Shown: positions 48,465 to 58,230, counted from the first letter of the stretch. The stretch: DNA of 64,000 nt from Candidatus Omnitrophota bacterium (GCA_015231405.1 JADGBR010000002.1:133547-197546), one strand, 5' to 3'. Translations and numbers: made by a program. The notes: generated from the sequence alone by a model not told the origin.

Positions 48465-49370
48465 CTACTTGCGCAACCCGATCGCGCCGAGGAATTCCGC
48501 CACGACGCCGGGTTTTTCCTGACGGGAGTAGAGGATGAGCCCCTTGGTACGGAGTTCGGATATATCTTTCCAGAGAGAATCGGACTTTAGCAGGGCCACG
48601 ATTATCCTGGGGTGGGTCGGCGAGTCGACGCCGACGAACGTCCTTTTGGCTTTACGGGTGTATCCGGTCTTTCCCATGAGGTGGTGACCGGTTCTATGGA
48701 GGGATTTATTGTGCGTCTTCAAATACAGATCTATGCCGTCGCTCCCGGAGATGCGATCGTCCTTCTTGGACATCTCGCCGACCAGAAAAGGGTATTTCAT
48801 TGCGTAAGCCATGAGCCTCGCGAGGTCCCTGGCGGTGGTATACTGCTTTTCTTTTTTCCGTGACGGAAGGCCGGTACTGTTGATGAAATTTGTGTCGTTC
48901 ATACCGAGGGCGGCGGCTTTTTCGTTCATCATAGCGGTGAATTCATCTTCGTTCCCCGCTACGGCTTCCGCGATAGCGACCGAGGCGTCGTTAGCTGATT
49001 TTATCATCATGGCCGTGAGGAGGTCACCGGCCTTGTAGGTAACGCCAGGCTTCAAACCGGCATAGGTAGGCTGGACCAGTTTTATCGACCCCGGAGCGGT
49101 TATCACGTCGTCGAGACCGAGATTCTCCATCGCCAGCACAGCCGTCATGAGCTTAACGGTCGAAGCAGGCTCGAGACGCGTATCGGGGCTCTTGGCGAAG
49201 AGCACTTTCCCCGTGGACGCGTCCATTATGACGGCCGAGAGCGCGTCGACATGGACCGCGACGTCGGCAGGTTTTACCGGTTTAACCGCGGCTTCTGTCG
49301 TATCCACGTTAAGTAAAAGCGCGGCGACCAGTAAGCACACATTTATCTTTGACCATGGACCATGGACCAT
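48465..49370 (-). CDS. dacC: Serine-type D-Ala-D-Ala carboxypeptidase (PBP5/6-like)
   Basis: SxxK active site ASTVKLMTAV, SxN (SANDA) and KTG (GKTGYT) motifs. The true start is uncertain because the annotated N-terminus MVHGPWS is encoded by a GACCATG tandem repeat. Confidence 0.7.
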   Translation of the reverse strand: MVHGPWSKINVCLLVAALLLNVDTTEAAVKPVKPADVAVHVDALSAVIMDASTGKVLFAKSPDTRLEPASTVKLMTAVLAMENLGLDDVITAPGSIKLVQPTYAGLKPGVTYKAGDLLTAMMIKSANDASVAIAEAVAGNEDEFTAMMNEKAAALGMNDTNFINSTGLPSRKKEKQYTTARDLARLMAYAMKYPFLVGEMSKKDDRISGSDGIDLYLKTHNKSLHRTGHHLMGKTGYTRKAKRTFVGVDSPTHPRIIVALLKSDSLWKDISELRTKGLILYSRQEKPGVVAEFLGAIGLRK

Positions 49371-49382
49371 AGACTATGGACC
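49351..49382. repeat. (GACCATG)n tandem heptamer repeat, copy 2
   Basis: GACCATG GACCATG GACCATA GACTATG GACC. Confidence 0.8.
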
Positions 49383-49383
49383 T

Positions 49384-50688
49384 TCACTTATCGCGAAAAC
49401 GTTTTATCCTTCCCTTCGACGGATTAAAATAGCCCTTCATTACCCCGGGGAACTCGGCTGCTACACTGTCTATGACCTTATCAATACCGAGCATGTCCGG
49501 TTTTTTAGAACGAAAGCCCAGCTCGGCGAAATACCTCGCGGGGTCGTAATTCAAGTTGCGCCATTGTATCATATCAGGTCCGTTCTTTATCAGGAATTTT
49601 TTCAAAGAATCCGCCTCGTCACGGTGGTCGGTAAAACCGGGCATGGTGAGATAATTTATCGACACGAACCCGCCCGCGGCTTTAGCTTGTTTAATGGAAT
49701 CGATAACGTCCTCGTAACGATAATCCCCGGGCCTGTAGTAAAGCTCATAATATTTTTTTTGCACGCTGTTCATGCTGACCCGGATGGAATCGAGTCCCGA
49801 GGTGAATAGTTCCTTGATGACGCGCGGCCTTGAGGCGTTGGTGTTCAGGTTGATCACACCTTTGGATGTCTTTGCCCTGATCATTTTCACAGTCTCGATG
49901 AGCGTATCCCCGACGAGGAGCGGCTCGCCCTCGCAGCCCTGTCCGAAACTCACCACGGGGTCGTCCGTGTTCCCGAGATGGAAAAGCGCTACCTCAGCGA
50001 TCTCCGCGGGGGAAGGGACGAATTTTATCCTTTCCTGTGTCACGGAACATTTCTTTCCCGGCTGGAACGATATACAGCCGAGGCAGAGAGCGTTACACTT
50101 CGGCGACGTGGGAAGCGGACCTTCATATTTGTGCTGGAAGAAATTTTTGGCGGCGGGACATCCGTAAATAAGGGCGCATATCTCGAGATGTCTCGCGAGC
50201 CGGTTACCGGGAAGGAGCCTGCGGAAAGCTTTTACGTTTTTTTTTATAAGGTCCATGTCCATGTATCTCAGGACCTGCCTCTTTTCAAGATCGACCTTAA
50301 CGGCCGGAACATAGAACCCGCCTTTATGGAAAGCGACAGCCGAATAACAAAATAAGGGCAAAGCTCCGGCATTATCCATTTCCGTATAGGCGGAATTATA
50401 TAGGACGGAATATCCCGGCGCGACGAAAGCGGCAACGGCGTATATCGGCTCTTTCTTTCTCGAAAAAGGATTGCATTCCAGTGTCGTTAGATCACTTGTC
50501 AGCGAGTCGTAACCCACAGGCATTCTGTCGGGGACCATGAATATCTCGCTGTCGGGAGGGAGCGCGATGAGTTCGCTTTCGTCGAGTCTGAAGAACTCCC
50601 CACCCTTCATCCCAGCGGCGTGGACTCCGGGAAGATCGTAGACTTTTTTGTGTTTGTCGGCGAACAGTAACTTGGGGTGATCTTTCAT
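49384..50688 (-). CDS. Radical SAM protein with about 190-aa uncharacterised N-terminal domain
   Basis: CNALCLGC (Cx3Cx2C) cluster, glycine-rich SAM motif GQGCEGEP. The start is moved to Met 50688 (MKDHPKLL) because the track N-terminus translates a perfect hairpin repeat. Confidence 0.65.
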   Translation of the reverse strand: MKDHPKLLFADKHKKVYDLPGVHAAGMKGGEFFRLDESELIALPPDSEIFMVPDRMPVGYDSLTSDLTTLECNPFSRKKEPIYAVAAFVAPGYSVLYNSAYTEMDNAGALPLFCYSAVAFHKGGFYVPAVKVDLEKRQVLRYMDMDLIKKNVKAFRRLLPGNRLARHLEICALIYGCPAAKNFFQHKYEGPLPTSPKCNALCLGCISFQPGKKCSVTQERIKFVPSPAEIAEVALFHLGNTDDPVVSFGQGCEGEPLLVGDTLIETVKMIRAKTSKGVINLNTNASRPRVIKELFTSGLDSIRVSMNSVQKKYYELYYRPGDYRYEDVIDSIKQAKAAGGFVSINYLTMPGFTDHRDEADSLKKFLIKNGPDMIQWRNLNYDPARYFAELGFRSKKPDMLGIDKVIDSVAAEFPGVMKGYFNPSKGRIKRFRDK

Positions 50689-50709
50689 AGTTAATTCAAC
50701 CTGAATACC

Positions 50710-50782
50710 CGGGGTCAGGCCTCCCCATTGGACAAAATAACCAAAATTATAAAAATTTGTCCAATGGGGAGGCCTGACCCCG
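50710..50782. repeat. Perfect 26-bp-stem hairpin element, copy 2 (CGGGGTCAGGCCTCCCCATTGGACAA / TTGTCCAATGGGGAGGCCTGACCCCG)
   Basis: Two base differences from copy 1 in the stem, compensated on both arms; AT-rich 21-nt loop. Confidence 0.85.
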
Positions 50783-50790
50783 CTAGCTGG

Positions 50791-50850
50791 TGGGACGTCG
50801 GATATGTTTAACGTCCTACGTCCCACGTCCTACGTCCTACGTTAATAGCT
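50791..50850. repeat. GTGGGACGT/ACGTCCTAC simple-repeat hairpin, copy 1
   Basis: GGTGGGACGTCGGA...ACGTCCTACGTCCCACGTCCTACGTCCTACG. Confidence 0.65.
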
Positions 50851-51598
50851 CGATCCCCACCGGACAATGATCTGATCCCTGAACTTCCGGCATTATGAAC
50901 GCCCGCTTTACTCGAGGCAACATCTTCTCAGTTACAAAAAAATAATCCAGCCTCCACCCTACGTTCCTTTCACGCGCGGCCGTCTTATAATCCCACCAGG
51001 TATAGTTCCCGCCTTCCTTGTTGAAATGCCTGAAAGTGTCGACATATCCATGGGAAATGAATTTGTCCATCCACGCCCGCTCTTCGGGAAGGAAGCCGGT
51101 GTTCTTCTCGTTCTCTTTGGGGCGCGCTAGATCTATTTCTTTATGGGCGGTATTAACGTCTCCGGCGATCACTATTATCCGGACTTTCAGGGAGTCGACA
51201 TAACGAAGGAACTCCTCGTAGAAATCCAGTTTGTATTTAAGCCTTTCGGGGCCCATACCGCCGTTCGGGAAATAAACGTTGATCAGGGTGAAATCCTTAT
51301 ACTCCGCTACGAGCGCCCGGCCTTCGGTGTCAAAAGATCCTTCGCCGAAATCGTATAGGACTTCGCGGGGTTTTTCTTTCGTAAAAACGGCGACTCCCGC
51401 GTAACCTTTTCTCTCGGGATTGTTCCAGTAGGCGTAGTACCCTTCCGGCAAAATGTCCATCCCGTTCACCTGTTCGGGTAAAGCTTTGGTTTCCTGAAGG
51501 CACAGGATATCGGGCGACTCTTTACGGAACCACTCGATGAGCCCTTTTTTAGCGGCGGCCCTTATGCCGTTGACGTTCCATGATATGATACGCATCAT
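50837..51598 (-). CDS. xth: Exodeoxyribonuclease III
   Basis: [14 protein letters not shown]-terminus, EEP-fold motifs (LCLQETK, GDVNTAH, SDHCPV). Confidence 0.9.
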   Translation of the reverse strand: MMRIISWNVNGIRAAAKKGLIEWFRKESPDILCLQETKALPEQVNGMDILPEGYYAYWNNPERKGYAGVAVFTKEKPREVLYDFGEGSFDTEGRALVAEYKDFTLINVYFPNGGMGPERLKYKLDFYEEFLRYVDSLKVRIIVIAGDVNTAHKEIDLARPKENEKNTGFLPEERAWMDKFISHGYVDTFRHFNKEGGNYTWWDYKTAARERNVGWRLDYFFVTEKMLPRVKRAFIMPEVQGSDHCPVGIELLT

Positions 51599-51619
51599 AA
51601 TATAAGCGATGTGTGACAG

Positions 51620-51740
51620 TAGTAGTTGGGATAACTTGTGGTGATGGGTGATGGCGGCAGTTGGGATAACTTGCAGTTATGTGTGATGAGTTAAGGAAGT
51701 AATCCCGGAATCCACATTAACCCATCACCCATCACCCCTT
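51620..51740. repeat. GTGATGGGTGA-type imperfect palindrome, copy 2, with AGTTGGGATAACTTG direct duplication
   Basis: GGTGATGGGTGATGG ... CCATCACCCATCACC arms; AGTTGGGATAACTTG occurs twice inside. Confidence 0.7.
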
Positions 51741-52397
51741 ACTCTCTCCTGCTATTTTCCTGACCTTATCGACCATCGCCCTGACCTCCCGACCTATCGT
51801 CCCAAAATCCTTCTTATCGAAGAGCTCCCTCCCGAAAATGCTACCCCCAAACGCAACGGCATCCGCACCCGAGGCGAAATAGTCGGGGATATTATCCTTA
51901 GTCACCCCCGCGACGGCCATGAGCTTAACGCGGTTTAACGGGCCTTTCAATTCTTTAATATATTTCGGGCCGAAAGCGTTAGCGGGGAATACTTTGACCA
52001 TGGTCGCGCCGAGCTCCCAGGCGCGTAAAACTTCGTTCGGCGTGAGCGCCCCGGGGAATACCGGGATATTCTCCTTAACGCATTTTTTGATTACGTCTTC
52101 AATGATGACCGGCATGACGATGAACGAAGCCCCGGCGGAAACGGCCGCTTCCAGGTCTTTTTTCGTAAGGACCGTACCCGCCCCTATCGCGAGTTTACCG
52201 CCGGCAATGTTCTTAGCCCTCTTAATGAGCTCCGCGGCGCCTTTCGTGTTCATGGTTATCTCGAAAGCTTCCAGCCCGGCATCAATGACAGTAAGGACCA
52301 GCGGCTCGAGGTCTTCCGGCACTATGCCGCGGGCTATGCCGAGTATTGGCAATCGTGTGAAGTTATTTAAATTCATAAATACCCCTAGATGACCCAA
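51732..52397 (-). CDS. eda: KDPG/KHG aldolase
   Basis: TIM-barrel pattern with GAGTVLT and VMPV motifs of Eda; the start may be the Met at 52376. Confidence 0.7.
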   Translation of the reverse strand: MGHLGVFMNLNNFTRLPILGIARGIVPEDLEPLVLTVIDAGLEAFEITMNTKGAAELIKRAKNIAGGKLAIGAGTVLTKKDLEAAVSAGASFIVMPVIIEDVIKKCVKENIPVFPGALTPNEVLRAWELGATMVKVFPANAFGPKYIKELKGPLNRVKLMAVAGVTKDNIPDYFASGADAVAFGGSIFGRELFDKKDFGTIGREVRAMVDKVRKIAGESKG

Positions 52398-52445
52398 TCG
52401 CGATCAGTCAGACTGTTTCATAATAACAGTTTTGGATAAATTGTC

Positions 52446-52554
52446 CGTCATTGCGAGGGCACGAAGTACCCGAAGTAATCTCTGTAAAAATAATAAATTA
52501 CAGGGATTGCTTCGTCGTTCTCTCCTTCGTCGCTCACTCCTCGCAATGACGGAT
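52446..52554. repeat. REP/MITE-like palindromic element, copy 2
   Basis: CCGTCATTGCGAGG...GAAGTAATC...GATTGCTTCGTCG...CCTCGCAATGACGG with perfect 13-bp terminal inverted repeat. Confidence 0.8.
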
Positions 52555-52598
52555 TAAGTTAATATTCGAATTGCGACACAGCCTTCCTGGTTACTTTT

Positions 52599-53549
52599 CT
52601 AATCAACCTCGACTGCCGACAGGCTGTTGAGGAACTTCACGTAGTTGTCCTTGTCAGGGGTTGACCGCACCGCTATGGCGGAACGGGGGTGTTCGTTGAG
52701 CATGCCGGTTATGGCGTAAGGGATAATATATCCCCATTCCATCGTTTTCAGGAGAGGGAGGAATTCTTTCGATATGACCTCGAGTATCGGACGTATATCG
52801 AATTTAGGGTTCTTTAAAAAACCTATGAGAAGTTCCATCGGACAGTTCCCCGCGCCCCTACCGATTCCGTATATCGTCGCGTCCAGGTAGTTACAGCCTT
52901 CGATTATCCCCTGTATCGTGTTCGAGAATCCCAACTGCTGGTTATTGTGCATGTGGATGCCCAATTCTTTCGTCTTCAGGTATTTCTTGAACTTAGCCGC
53001 GAGGTAAGTGATATGCTCCTGGTAATAATATCCGAAGCTGTCGACTATATACACTACGCCGGTCCTGCTTTCCCTTTCAAGCTGGTCGAGAGCCTCGTCA
53101 AGCTCGTTATCCTGCGCTTTCGACACGGCCATGATGTTGACGGTCGTCTCGTATCCCTTATCGACGAAATCATTAACCAGGTCGATGGCCTTATCCACCT
53201 CTTTGACATATGTGGCCACGCGTATCATGTCTATGACGCTGTCCTTTTTTGGCGGGATGTCGCTTTTCTCGACTCGGCCTATATCGCACATAACGGATAA
53301 TTTAGGCCGGTTTTCGACACCGTCTATGATCTTCTTTATCTCGTTCTCATCGCAGAATTTCCATTTCCCGAACTTCGTCGGGGCAAGAAGCTCCTTGGAG
53401 GCCTTGTACCCTATCTCCATGTAATCCACGCCCGAAGCCGCGATAGCTCTGTACACGGCTTTGACGAAACTATCCTCGAAATAATGGTCGTTTATCAGCC
53501 CACCGTCGCGTATGGTGCAGTCTAAAACTTTAATGGCTTCGCGGTACAT
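52599..53549 (-). CDS. HMGL-like (DRE-TIM) aldolase/synthase family protein
   Basis: LDCTIRDGG motif (D-x-T-L-R-D-G family hallmark) near the N-terminus and HxH (HMHNN) metal site; 316 aa with no LeuA-type C-terminal domain, consistent with 4-hydroxy-2-oxovalerate aldolase-like enzymes. Confidence 0.6.
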   Translation of the reverse strand: MYREAIKVLDCTIRDGGLINDHYFEDSFVKAVYRAIAASGVDYMEIGYKASKELLAPTKFGKWKFCDENEIKKIIDGVENRPKLSVMCDIGRVEKSDIPPKKDSVIDMIRVATYVKEVDKAIDLVNDFVDKGYETTVNIMAVSKAQDNELDEALDQLERESRTGVVYIVDSFGYYYQEHITYLAAKFKKYLKTKELGIHMHNNQQLGFSNTIQGIIEGCNYLDATIYGIGRGAGNCPMELLIGFLKNPKFDIRPILEVISKEFLPLLKTMEWGYIIPYAITGMLNEHPRSAIAVRSTPDKDNYVKFLNSLSAVEVD

Positions 53550-53739
53550 CGTTACCTCCTTTGTGTAACAGCATTTATCATATCGGCATCTGCTTTTGGG
53601 AATATTATGTTATATGAAAAGGGAGTGTTGGGCAAGACAAAATAAAAATAGAATCAGTAGCCCCCGGCCACCGTGCCGGGGGACAATTTATCAAGCAGAC
53701 AAATTCATGCGCGGACACGGGGGTCCGCGCCTACTATTT

Positions 53740-54918
53740 TTATTTTCTCAACGACACAAGCGCTTCGATATGCTTCGTTCTTGGGAACATATCGAACATA
53801 GCCGATCTGCCGATCCGCCATGTGGTGCCTTGCGTCATGGCTTTTATATCCCGGGCCATACGGGCCGGGTCGCAGGAAATATAATAGATCTCGTTAAGAC
53901 CCTCGGCGAAGGAAAGCCATTCCACGAACTCCGCGGAAAGGCCCTTTCTGGGAGGGTCGATGAGGGCGATATTCTTCGGGCCTTTCTCGCTGTCGTAAAG
54001 CCGTTCCATTTCGTTCTCGGCGTCGAGGATATAAAATTTCATGCCGCTATACCCTTTTTCTTTGGCGGTCGTCTTGGCCGCGCTTATGGCCACGCGGTCA
54101 TTATCGGCGCCTATGGTCTTATTGAAGCCCGGAGCGAGAAGAAAACTGAAAAACCCCATGCCGGAGAAAATATCGAAAAAAACCGTATCCTTCTTTTCCT
54201 CGCCTATCCATTCGCCCAGGACGCGGGCCATTTCTGTGGATATGTGCCTGTTCGCCTGGGAAAAAGCCAAGGGCGAGAACATCATTTCCTTGCCGGCATA
54301 AGTATCAGGAAAAAACCTTTCACCCATTTTATTCGAGAACCATAACCGGCCGGCATGGTCCGCCTTGATAGTCAGCCTGTCCTTGTCGTCGGCTCGAGCG
54401 GCGCATGGAAGAGCGCCGTTAATAGGCTCTTCGGCGATCGAGCAGGAAGCTATCTCCATGATGGACCGCTCATCCCTTGCATAAAACCCGTATTTATCCC
54501 CGGCCTTATGAAGGGTTATATGCGAACGGTAATTGTAATGGTCTTTAGAACTTATTACCTCATCGAGCTTAAAACCCTTGAACGAGCCGACCCGGGCGAA
54601 CAGTTCTTCGAACTGTTTTTTCTTGTACGCCACTTCCTTGGCGTATCCGATATGCTGAAGCTGGCATCCCCCGCACTGATAATAGTATTTACACAGGGGA
54701 TCGGTCCTATCGGGCGAAACTGTCTTTATATCCGAAAGTTCCCCTTTTACAAAGCTCGCCGTTTCCTTGACGACGTCAAAAACGACCTCTTCCCCCGGAA
54801 GCGCGCCCCGGACAAAACAGATCTTCCCGTCTATCTTGCCTACCCCGTCCCCGCCGAAGGCGAGATCGTAAATTTCAGTAGTGAGCTTCTTCATAATGGG
54901 CTTATCATACAGGGTCAA
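53740..54918 (-). CDS. rlmD: 23S rRNA (uracil-5)-methyltransferase RlmD/RumA-like
   Basis: TRAM-like N-terminus, Cys cluster CKYYYQCGGCQLQH (4Fe-4S), class I MTase C-terminus with catalytic Cys. Confidence 0.8.
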   Translation of the reverse strand: MTLYDKPIMKKLTTEIYDLAFGGDGVGKIDGKICFVRGALPGEEVVFDVVKETASFVKGELSDIKTVSPDRTDPLCKYYYQCGGCQLQHIGYAKEVAYKKKQFEELFARVGSFKGFKLDEVISSKDHYNYRSHITLHKAGDKYGFYARDERSIMEIASCSIAEEPINGALPCAARADDKDRLTIKADHAGRLWFSNKMGERFFPDTYAGKEMMFSPLAFSQANRHISTEMARVLGEWIGEEKKDTVFFDIFSGMGFFSFLLAPGFNKTIGADNDRVAISAAKTTAKEKGYSGMKFYILDAENEMERLYDSEKGPKNIALIDPPRKGLSAEFVEWLSFAEGLNEIYYISCDPARMARDIKAMTQGTTWRIGRSAMFDMFPRTKHIEALVSLRK

Positions 54919-54920
54919 GG

Positions 54921-55036
54921 GTCAGGGGTCAAGGTGAACTTAGGACGGGTATTAACGTAGGACGTGGGACGTGGGACGTGAGATATTGGGACCTCTAAAA
55001 GATACTACTTACGTCCCACGTCCTACGTCCTACAGA
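54921..55036. repeat. GTGGGACGT/ACGTCCTAC simple-repeat hairpin, copy 2, with (GGGTCAA)3 tandem
   Basis: AGGGTCAAGGGTCAGGGGTCAAGG then ACGTAGGACGTGGGACGTGGGACGTG ... ACGTCCCACGTCCTACGTCCTAC. Confidence 0.65.
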
Positions 55037-55045
55037 ACATCGCTA

Positions 55046-55972
55046 TCACTCCTGAAACAGCCACGTCGAAAGATACCTCTCCCCCGTATCCGGCAATATC
55101 ACGACGATAACCTTCCCTTTGTTCTCCGGACGCTTCGCCACCTGGATCGCGGCCCAGACGGCTGCGCCTGAGGATATCCCGGCGAGTATGCCGTCGGTCT
55201 TAGCAAGTTTTCTGGCTATATCCCCGGCGTCATCGTTAGTGACCTTAACAACCTCGTCAATCACATCTCGATTGAGGACTTGCGGCACAAAACCGGCGCC
55301 TATACCCTGTATCTTATGAGGCGCTGGTTTTCCTCCGGAGAGCACAGGTGAAGCGTCAGGCTCTACCGCTATCGCTTTAAAGGACGGTTTTCTTTTTTTG
55401 ATGACCTCGGCGATGCCGGTTATGGTCCCGCCCGTACCGACGCCGGCAACTACTATATCCACCTTGCCGTCGGTATCGTTCCATATCTCTTCTGCCGTAG
55501 TTTTCCTGTGGATCTCGGGGTTAGCCGGATTATTGAATTGTTGCGGGACGAAACTGTTCGGGGTAGTCTTTGCGAGTTCCTCGGCTTTTTCGACCGCCCC
55601 CTTCATCCCTTTAGCCCCGTCGGTAAGGACAAGCTCCGCTCCGAATATTTTGAGGAGCTGTCTGCGTTCTACGCTCATCGTATCCGGCATTGTCAGGATA
55701 AGCTTATAGCCCTTGGCCGCGGCGGCGAACGCGAGAGCCACTCCGGTATTACCGCTCGTCGGCTCTATGATCACCGTGTTCTTTTTCAAGAAGCCTTTTT
55801 TTTCGGCGTCTTCGATCAACGCGACGCCTATCCTGTCCTTAACGCTGGAGAGGGGGTTGAACGACTCAAGTTTCGCAAGGACCGTCGCCTCCAGCCCTTC
55901 AGCGATACGGTTTAGTTTGACCAGGGGAGTGTTCCCGGTGGTTTTCGTAATATCGGAATATATCTTAGCCAT
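55046..55972 (-). CDS. cysK: Cysteine synthase A (O-acetylserine sulfhydrylase)
   Basis: PLP-lysine region TPLVKLNR...SVKDR, TSGNTG and GTGGT motifs. The start is set at MAKIYSDI (55972) with GGAGGG RBS, because the track ORF extends upstream by translating a REP repeat. Confidence 0.9.
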   Translation of the reverse strand: MAKIYSDITKTTGNTPLVKLNRIAEGLEATVLAKLESFNPLSSVKDRIGVALIEDAEKKGFLKKNTVIIEPTSGNTGVALAFAAAAKGYKLILTMPDTMSVERRQLLKIFGAELVLTDGAKGMKGAVEKAEELAKTTPNSFVPQQFNNPANPEIHRKTTAEEIWNDTDGKVDIVVAGVGTGGTITGIAEVIKKRKPSFKAIAVEPDASPVLSGGKPAPHKIQGIGAGFVPQVLNRDVIDEVVKVTNDDAGDIARKLAKTDGILAGISSGAAVWAAIQVAKRPENKGKVIVVILPDTGERYLSTWLFQE

Positions 55973-55996
55973 ATTAACCCTCCTTATTTTCAAAGC

Positions 55997-56106
55997 CCCG
56001 TCATTGCGAACCCCGCGAAAGCGGGGTGAAGCAATCCCATCGAGATTGCTTCGTCGCCTTCGGCTCCTCGCAATGACGGTCCAGGTTTTTCCTCGCAATG
56101 ACGGGC
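55997..56106. repeat. REP/MITE-like palindromic element, copy 3 (plus a partial extra terminal repeat)
   Basis: CCCCGTCATTGCGAACCCCGCGAAAGCGGGGTGAAGCAATCCCATCGAGATTGCTTCGTCG...CTCGCAATGACGG, then TCCTCGCAATGACGGG repeated 10 nt later. Confidence 0.8.
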
Positions 56107-56110
56107 ATCA

Positions 56111-57406
56111 TTATAATACTTTGGACAATGCCTGTTCTATGTCCGCGATTATGTCGTCGATGTGCTCTATCCCGATGGACAAACGTATAAAATCAGGGGT
56201 GACTCCAGTCGCTATCTGCTCTTCGGGCGAAAGCTGCTGGTGCGTGGTCGTTGCCGGATGTATCGCGAGGCTTTTCGCGTCGCCTACGTTGGCTAGATGC
56301 GATATAAGCTCCAACGAGTCGATGAATTTCTTACCGGCCTGGGCACCGCCTTTTATGCCGAAACCAAGAATAGCCCCGGAACCTTTCGGCAGGTATTTTT
56401 TCACCCTGTCTTTTTCCGGACTGTCTTCGAGTCCTGGATAATTGACCCAGCCGACCTTCGCGTGCTTTTTAAGATATTTCGCGGCGGCCAGAGCGTTCTC
56501 AGAATGTCTGGGAAGCCTGAGGTGAAGCGTTTCCAGACCCTGGATGAAAAGGAATGAGTTAAAAGGCGACACCGCCGGTCCAAGGTCCCTGAGCAATGTT
56601 ACCCTGGCTTTTATTATGTAAGCGATATTCCCCATCGGTTTAAGGGCTTTAACGAAATCTATACCGTGATAGCTCGGATCCGGGCCCGCTATTAACGGGA
56701 ACTTGCCGTTCTCCCAGTTGAATTTCCCGGAATCGACTATCACTCCACCTAAACTGGTGCCATGCCCGCCGATGAATTTAGTAGCGGAATAAACGATTAT
56801 GTCCACGCCATGATCGAAAGGCCTCAATATGTACGGAGAAACGGTGTTATCCAGAACGAACGGTATACCGTTCTTGTTCGCTATTTTTGAAATGCCTGCG
56901 AGGTCCGCCACATCTAGCTTCGGGTTCCCGATCGATTCGGCGTATATCGCCTTGGTTTTGGGTGTTATAGCTTTCTGGATAGCGTCCAGGTCATTGGATT
57001 TAACGAACTTCACATTTATCCCGAATTTGGGGAACGTATAGTGAAAAAGGTTATAGGTCCCGCCGTAAAGATTATCCGCGGATACTATCTCGTCGCCGCA
57101 CTGGGTTATATTGAGAAGCGCGAGTGTTATCGCCGACTGCCCGCTGGACACGGCTAAAGCTCCGACGCCGCCGTCAAGCGCGGCTATCCGCTTCTCAAAA
57201 ACATCGGTCGTGGGGTTCATTAAACGCGTGTATATGTTCCCGAACTCCTTCAATCCGAACAAATTCGCCGCGTGTTCGGTGCTTTTGAACTGATACGACG
57301 TCGTCTGATAAATAGGCACAGCTCGCGACCCCGTAGTCGGATCCGCCTCCTGCCCCCCATGCAACGCCAATGTCTCCACCCTCAACTTACTGTCTATCTT
57401 GCTCAT
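56111..57406 (-). CDS. metY: O-acetylhomoserine (thiol)-lyase / sulfhydrylase
   Basis: Cys/Met-metabolism PLP family; [11 protein letters not shown] lysine motif; 431 aa. Confidence 0.85.
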   Translation of the reverse strand: MSKIDSKLRVETLALHGGQEADPTTGSRAVPIYQTTSYQFKSTEHAANLFGLKEFGNIYTRLMNPTTDVFEKRIAALDGGVGALAVSSGQSAITLALLNITQCGDEIVSADNLYGGTYNLFHYTFPKFGINVKFVKSNDLDAIQKAITPKTKAIYAESIGNPKLDVADLAGISKIANKNGIPFVLDNTVSPYILRPFDHGVDIIVYSATKFIGGHGTSLGGVIVDSGKFNWENGKFPLIAGPDPSYHGIDFVKALKPMGNIAYIIKARVTLLRDLGPAVSPFNSFLFIQGLETLHLRLPRHSENALAAAKYLKKHAKVGWVNYPGLEDSPEKDRVKKYLPKGSGAILGFGIKGGAQAGKKFIDSLELISHLANVGDAKSLAIHPATTTHQQLSPEEQIATGVTPDFIRLSIGIEHIDDIIADIEQALSKVL

Positions 57407-57456
57407 CTTAATTCTCCTTTTTTTTAATTACTAATTATATTATGAACTCTGCATCT

Positions 57457-57555
57457 CCCCGTCATTGCGAGCGAAGCGAAGCAATCCAAAATTGATTGCT
57501 TCGTCGCTGTCGCTCCTCGCAATGACGTCTTCGACCGCTACCCGCAATGACGCCC
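57457..57555. repeat. REP/MITE-like palindromic element, copy 4 (plus partial extra terminal repeat)
   Basis: CCCCGTCATTGCGAGCGAAGCGAAGCAATCCAAAATTGATTGCTTCGTCGCTGTCGCTCCTCGCAATGACG, then CCCGCAATGACGCCC. Confidence 0.8.
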
Positions 57556-57566
57556 ATTCCCCCCCC

Positions 57567-58007
57567 TTATATCGAATACGCCAACACCTGCCTATCCCTA
57601 TTCACTTCATTTACCAGATCCTCGAACGTCTCATTATCGACAATATCCGATTCGGCCTTCGCAACCTTTTTCCATATATTCCTGAACAGGCATTTTTTAA
57701 CATCTCCGCAATCGGAATATCCTTCCTTAACGCAAGCTATCGGCTCCAATGGGCCGTCTATATACCTTAATATATCTCCGACGCTGATCTTCGCCGGGGG
57801 CCTGGATAGAAGGTATCCACCTATATTACCCCTCTTGCTCAAGACAAATCCCCCTTTTCTAAGATCCAGGAGTACCTGTTCAAGGAACTTTATCGGCGCG
57901 TCTATACGGCTCGCTAACTGGTTACTTGTAACCAATTCTTTTTCGTAATTCAAAGCCAGATCCAAAACCGCTTTCAACGCGTAATCACCTTTATAAGTTA
58001 CCTTCAT
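57567..58007 (-). CDS. Rrf2-family transcriptional regulator (CymR/IscR-like)
   Basis: MKVTYKGDYALKAVLDLALN wHTH N-terminus; 146 aa. Confidence 0.8.
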   Translation of the reverse strand: MKVTYKGDYALKAVLDLALNYEKELVTSNQLASRIDAPIKFLEQVLLDLRKGGFVLSKRGNIGGYLLSRPPAKISVGDILRYIDGPLEPIACVKEGYSDCGDVKKCLFRNIWKKVAKAESDIVDNETFEDLVNEVNRDRQVLAYSI

Positions 58008-58109
58008 CTTTCTCCTCTTTATCTAGTATTCCCATTGAATTAGTATAGTTTAGCAGGAAAAGGCGTTTTGTCAAGGAAAGTTATTAAATATATTTTGCAA
58101 GAAAGACTT

Positions 58110-58195
58110 AAAAGGGCACCCATAAAGGGTTCCCCTACGCCAGAACCCATGCCTGTCCTCCGAAGCCTTGGCGAAGGAGGGCCCCATGCCTCGTT
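58110..58195. repeat. GGGCACCC...CCGAAGCCTTGGCGAAGGAGGGCCCCATGCC element, copy downstream of the giant gene
   Basis: About 90% identical over ~80 bp to 62705..62790. Confidence 0.75.
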
Positions 58196-58230
58196 TCTAT
58201 CCGCCCACCGATCTCGGCCCCCAACCGCAA

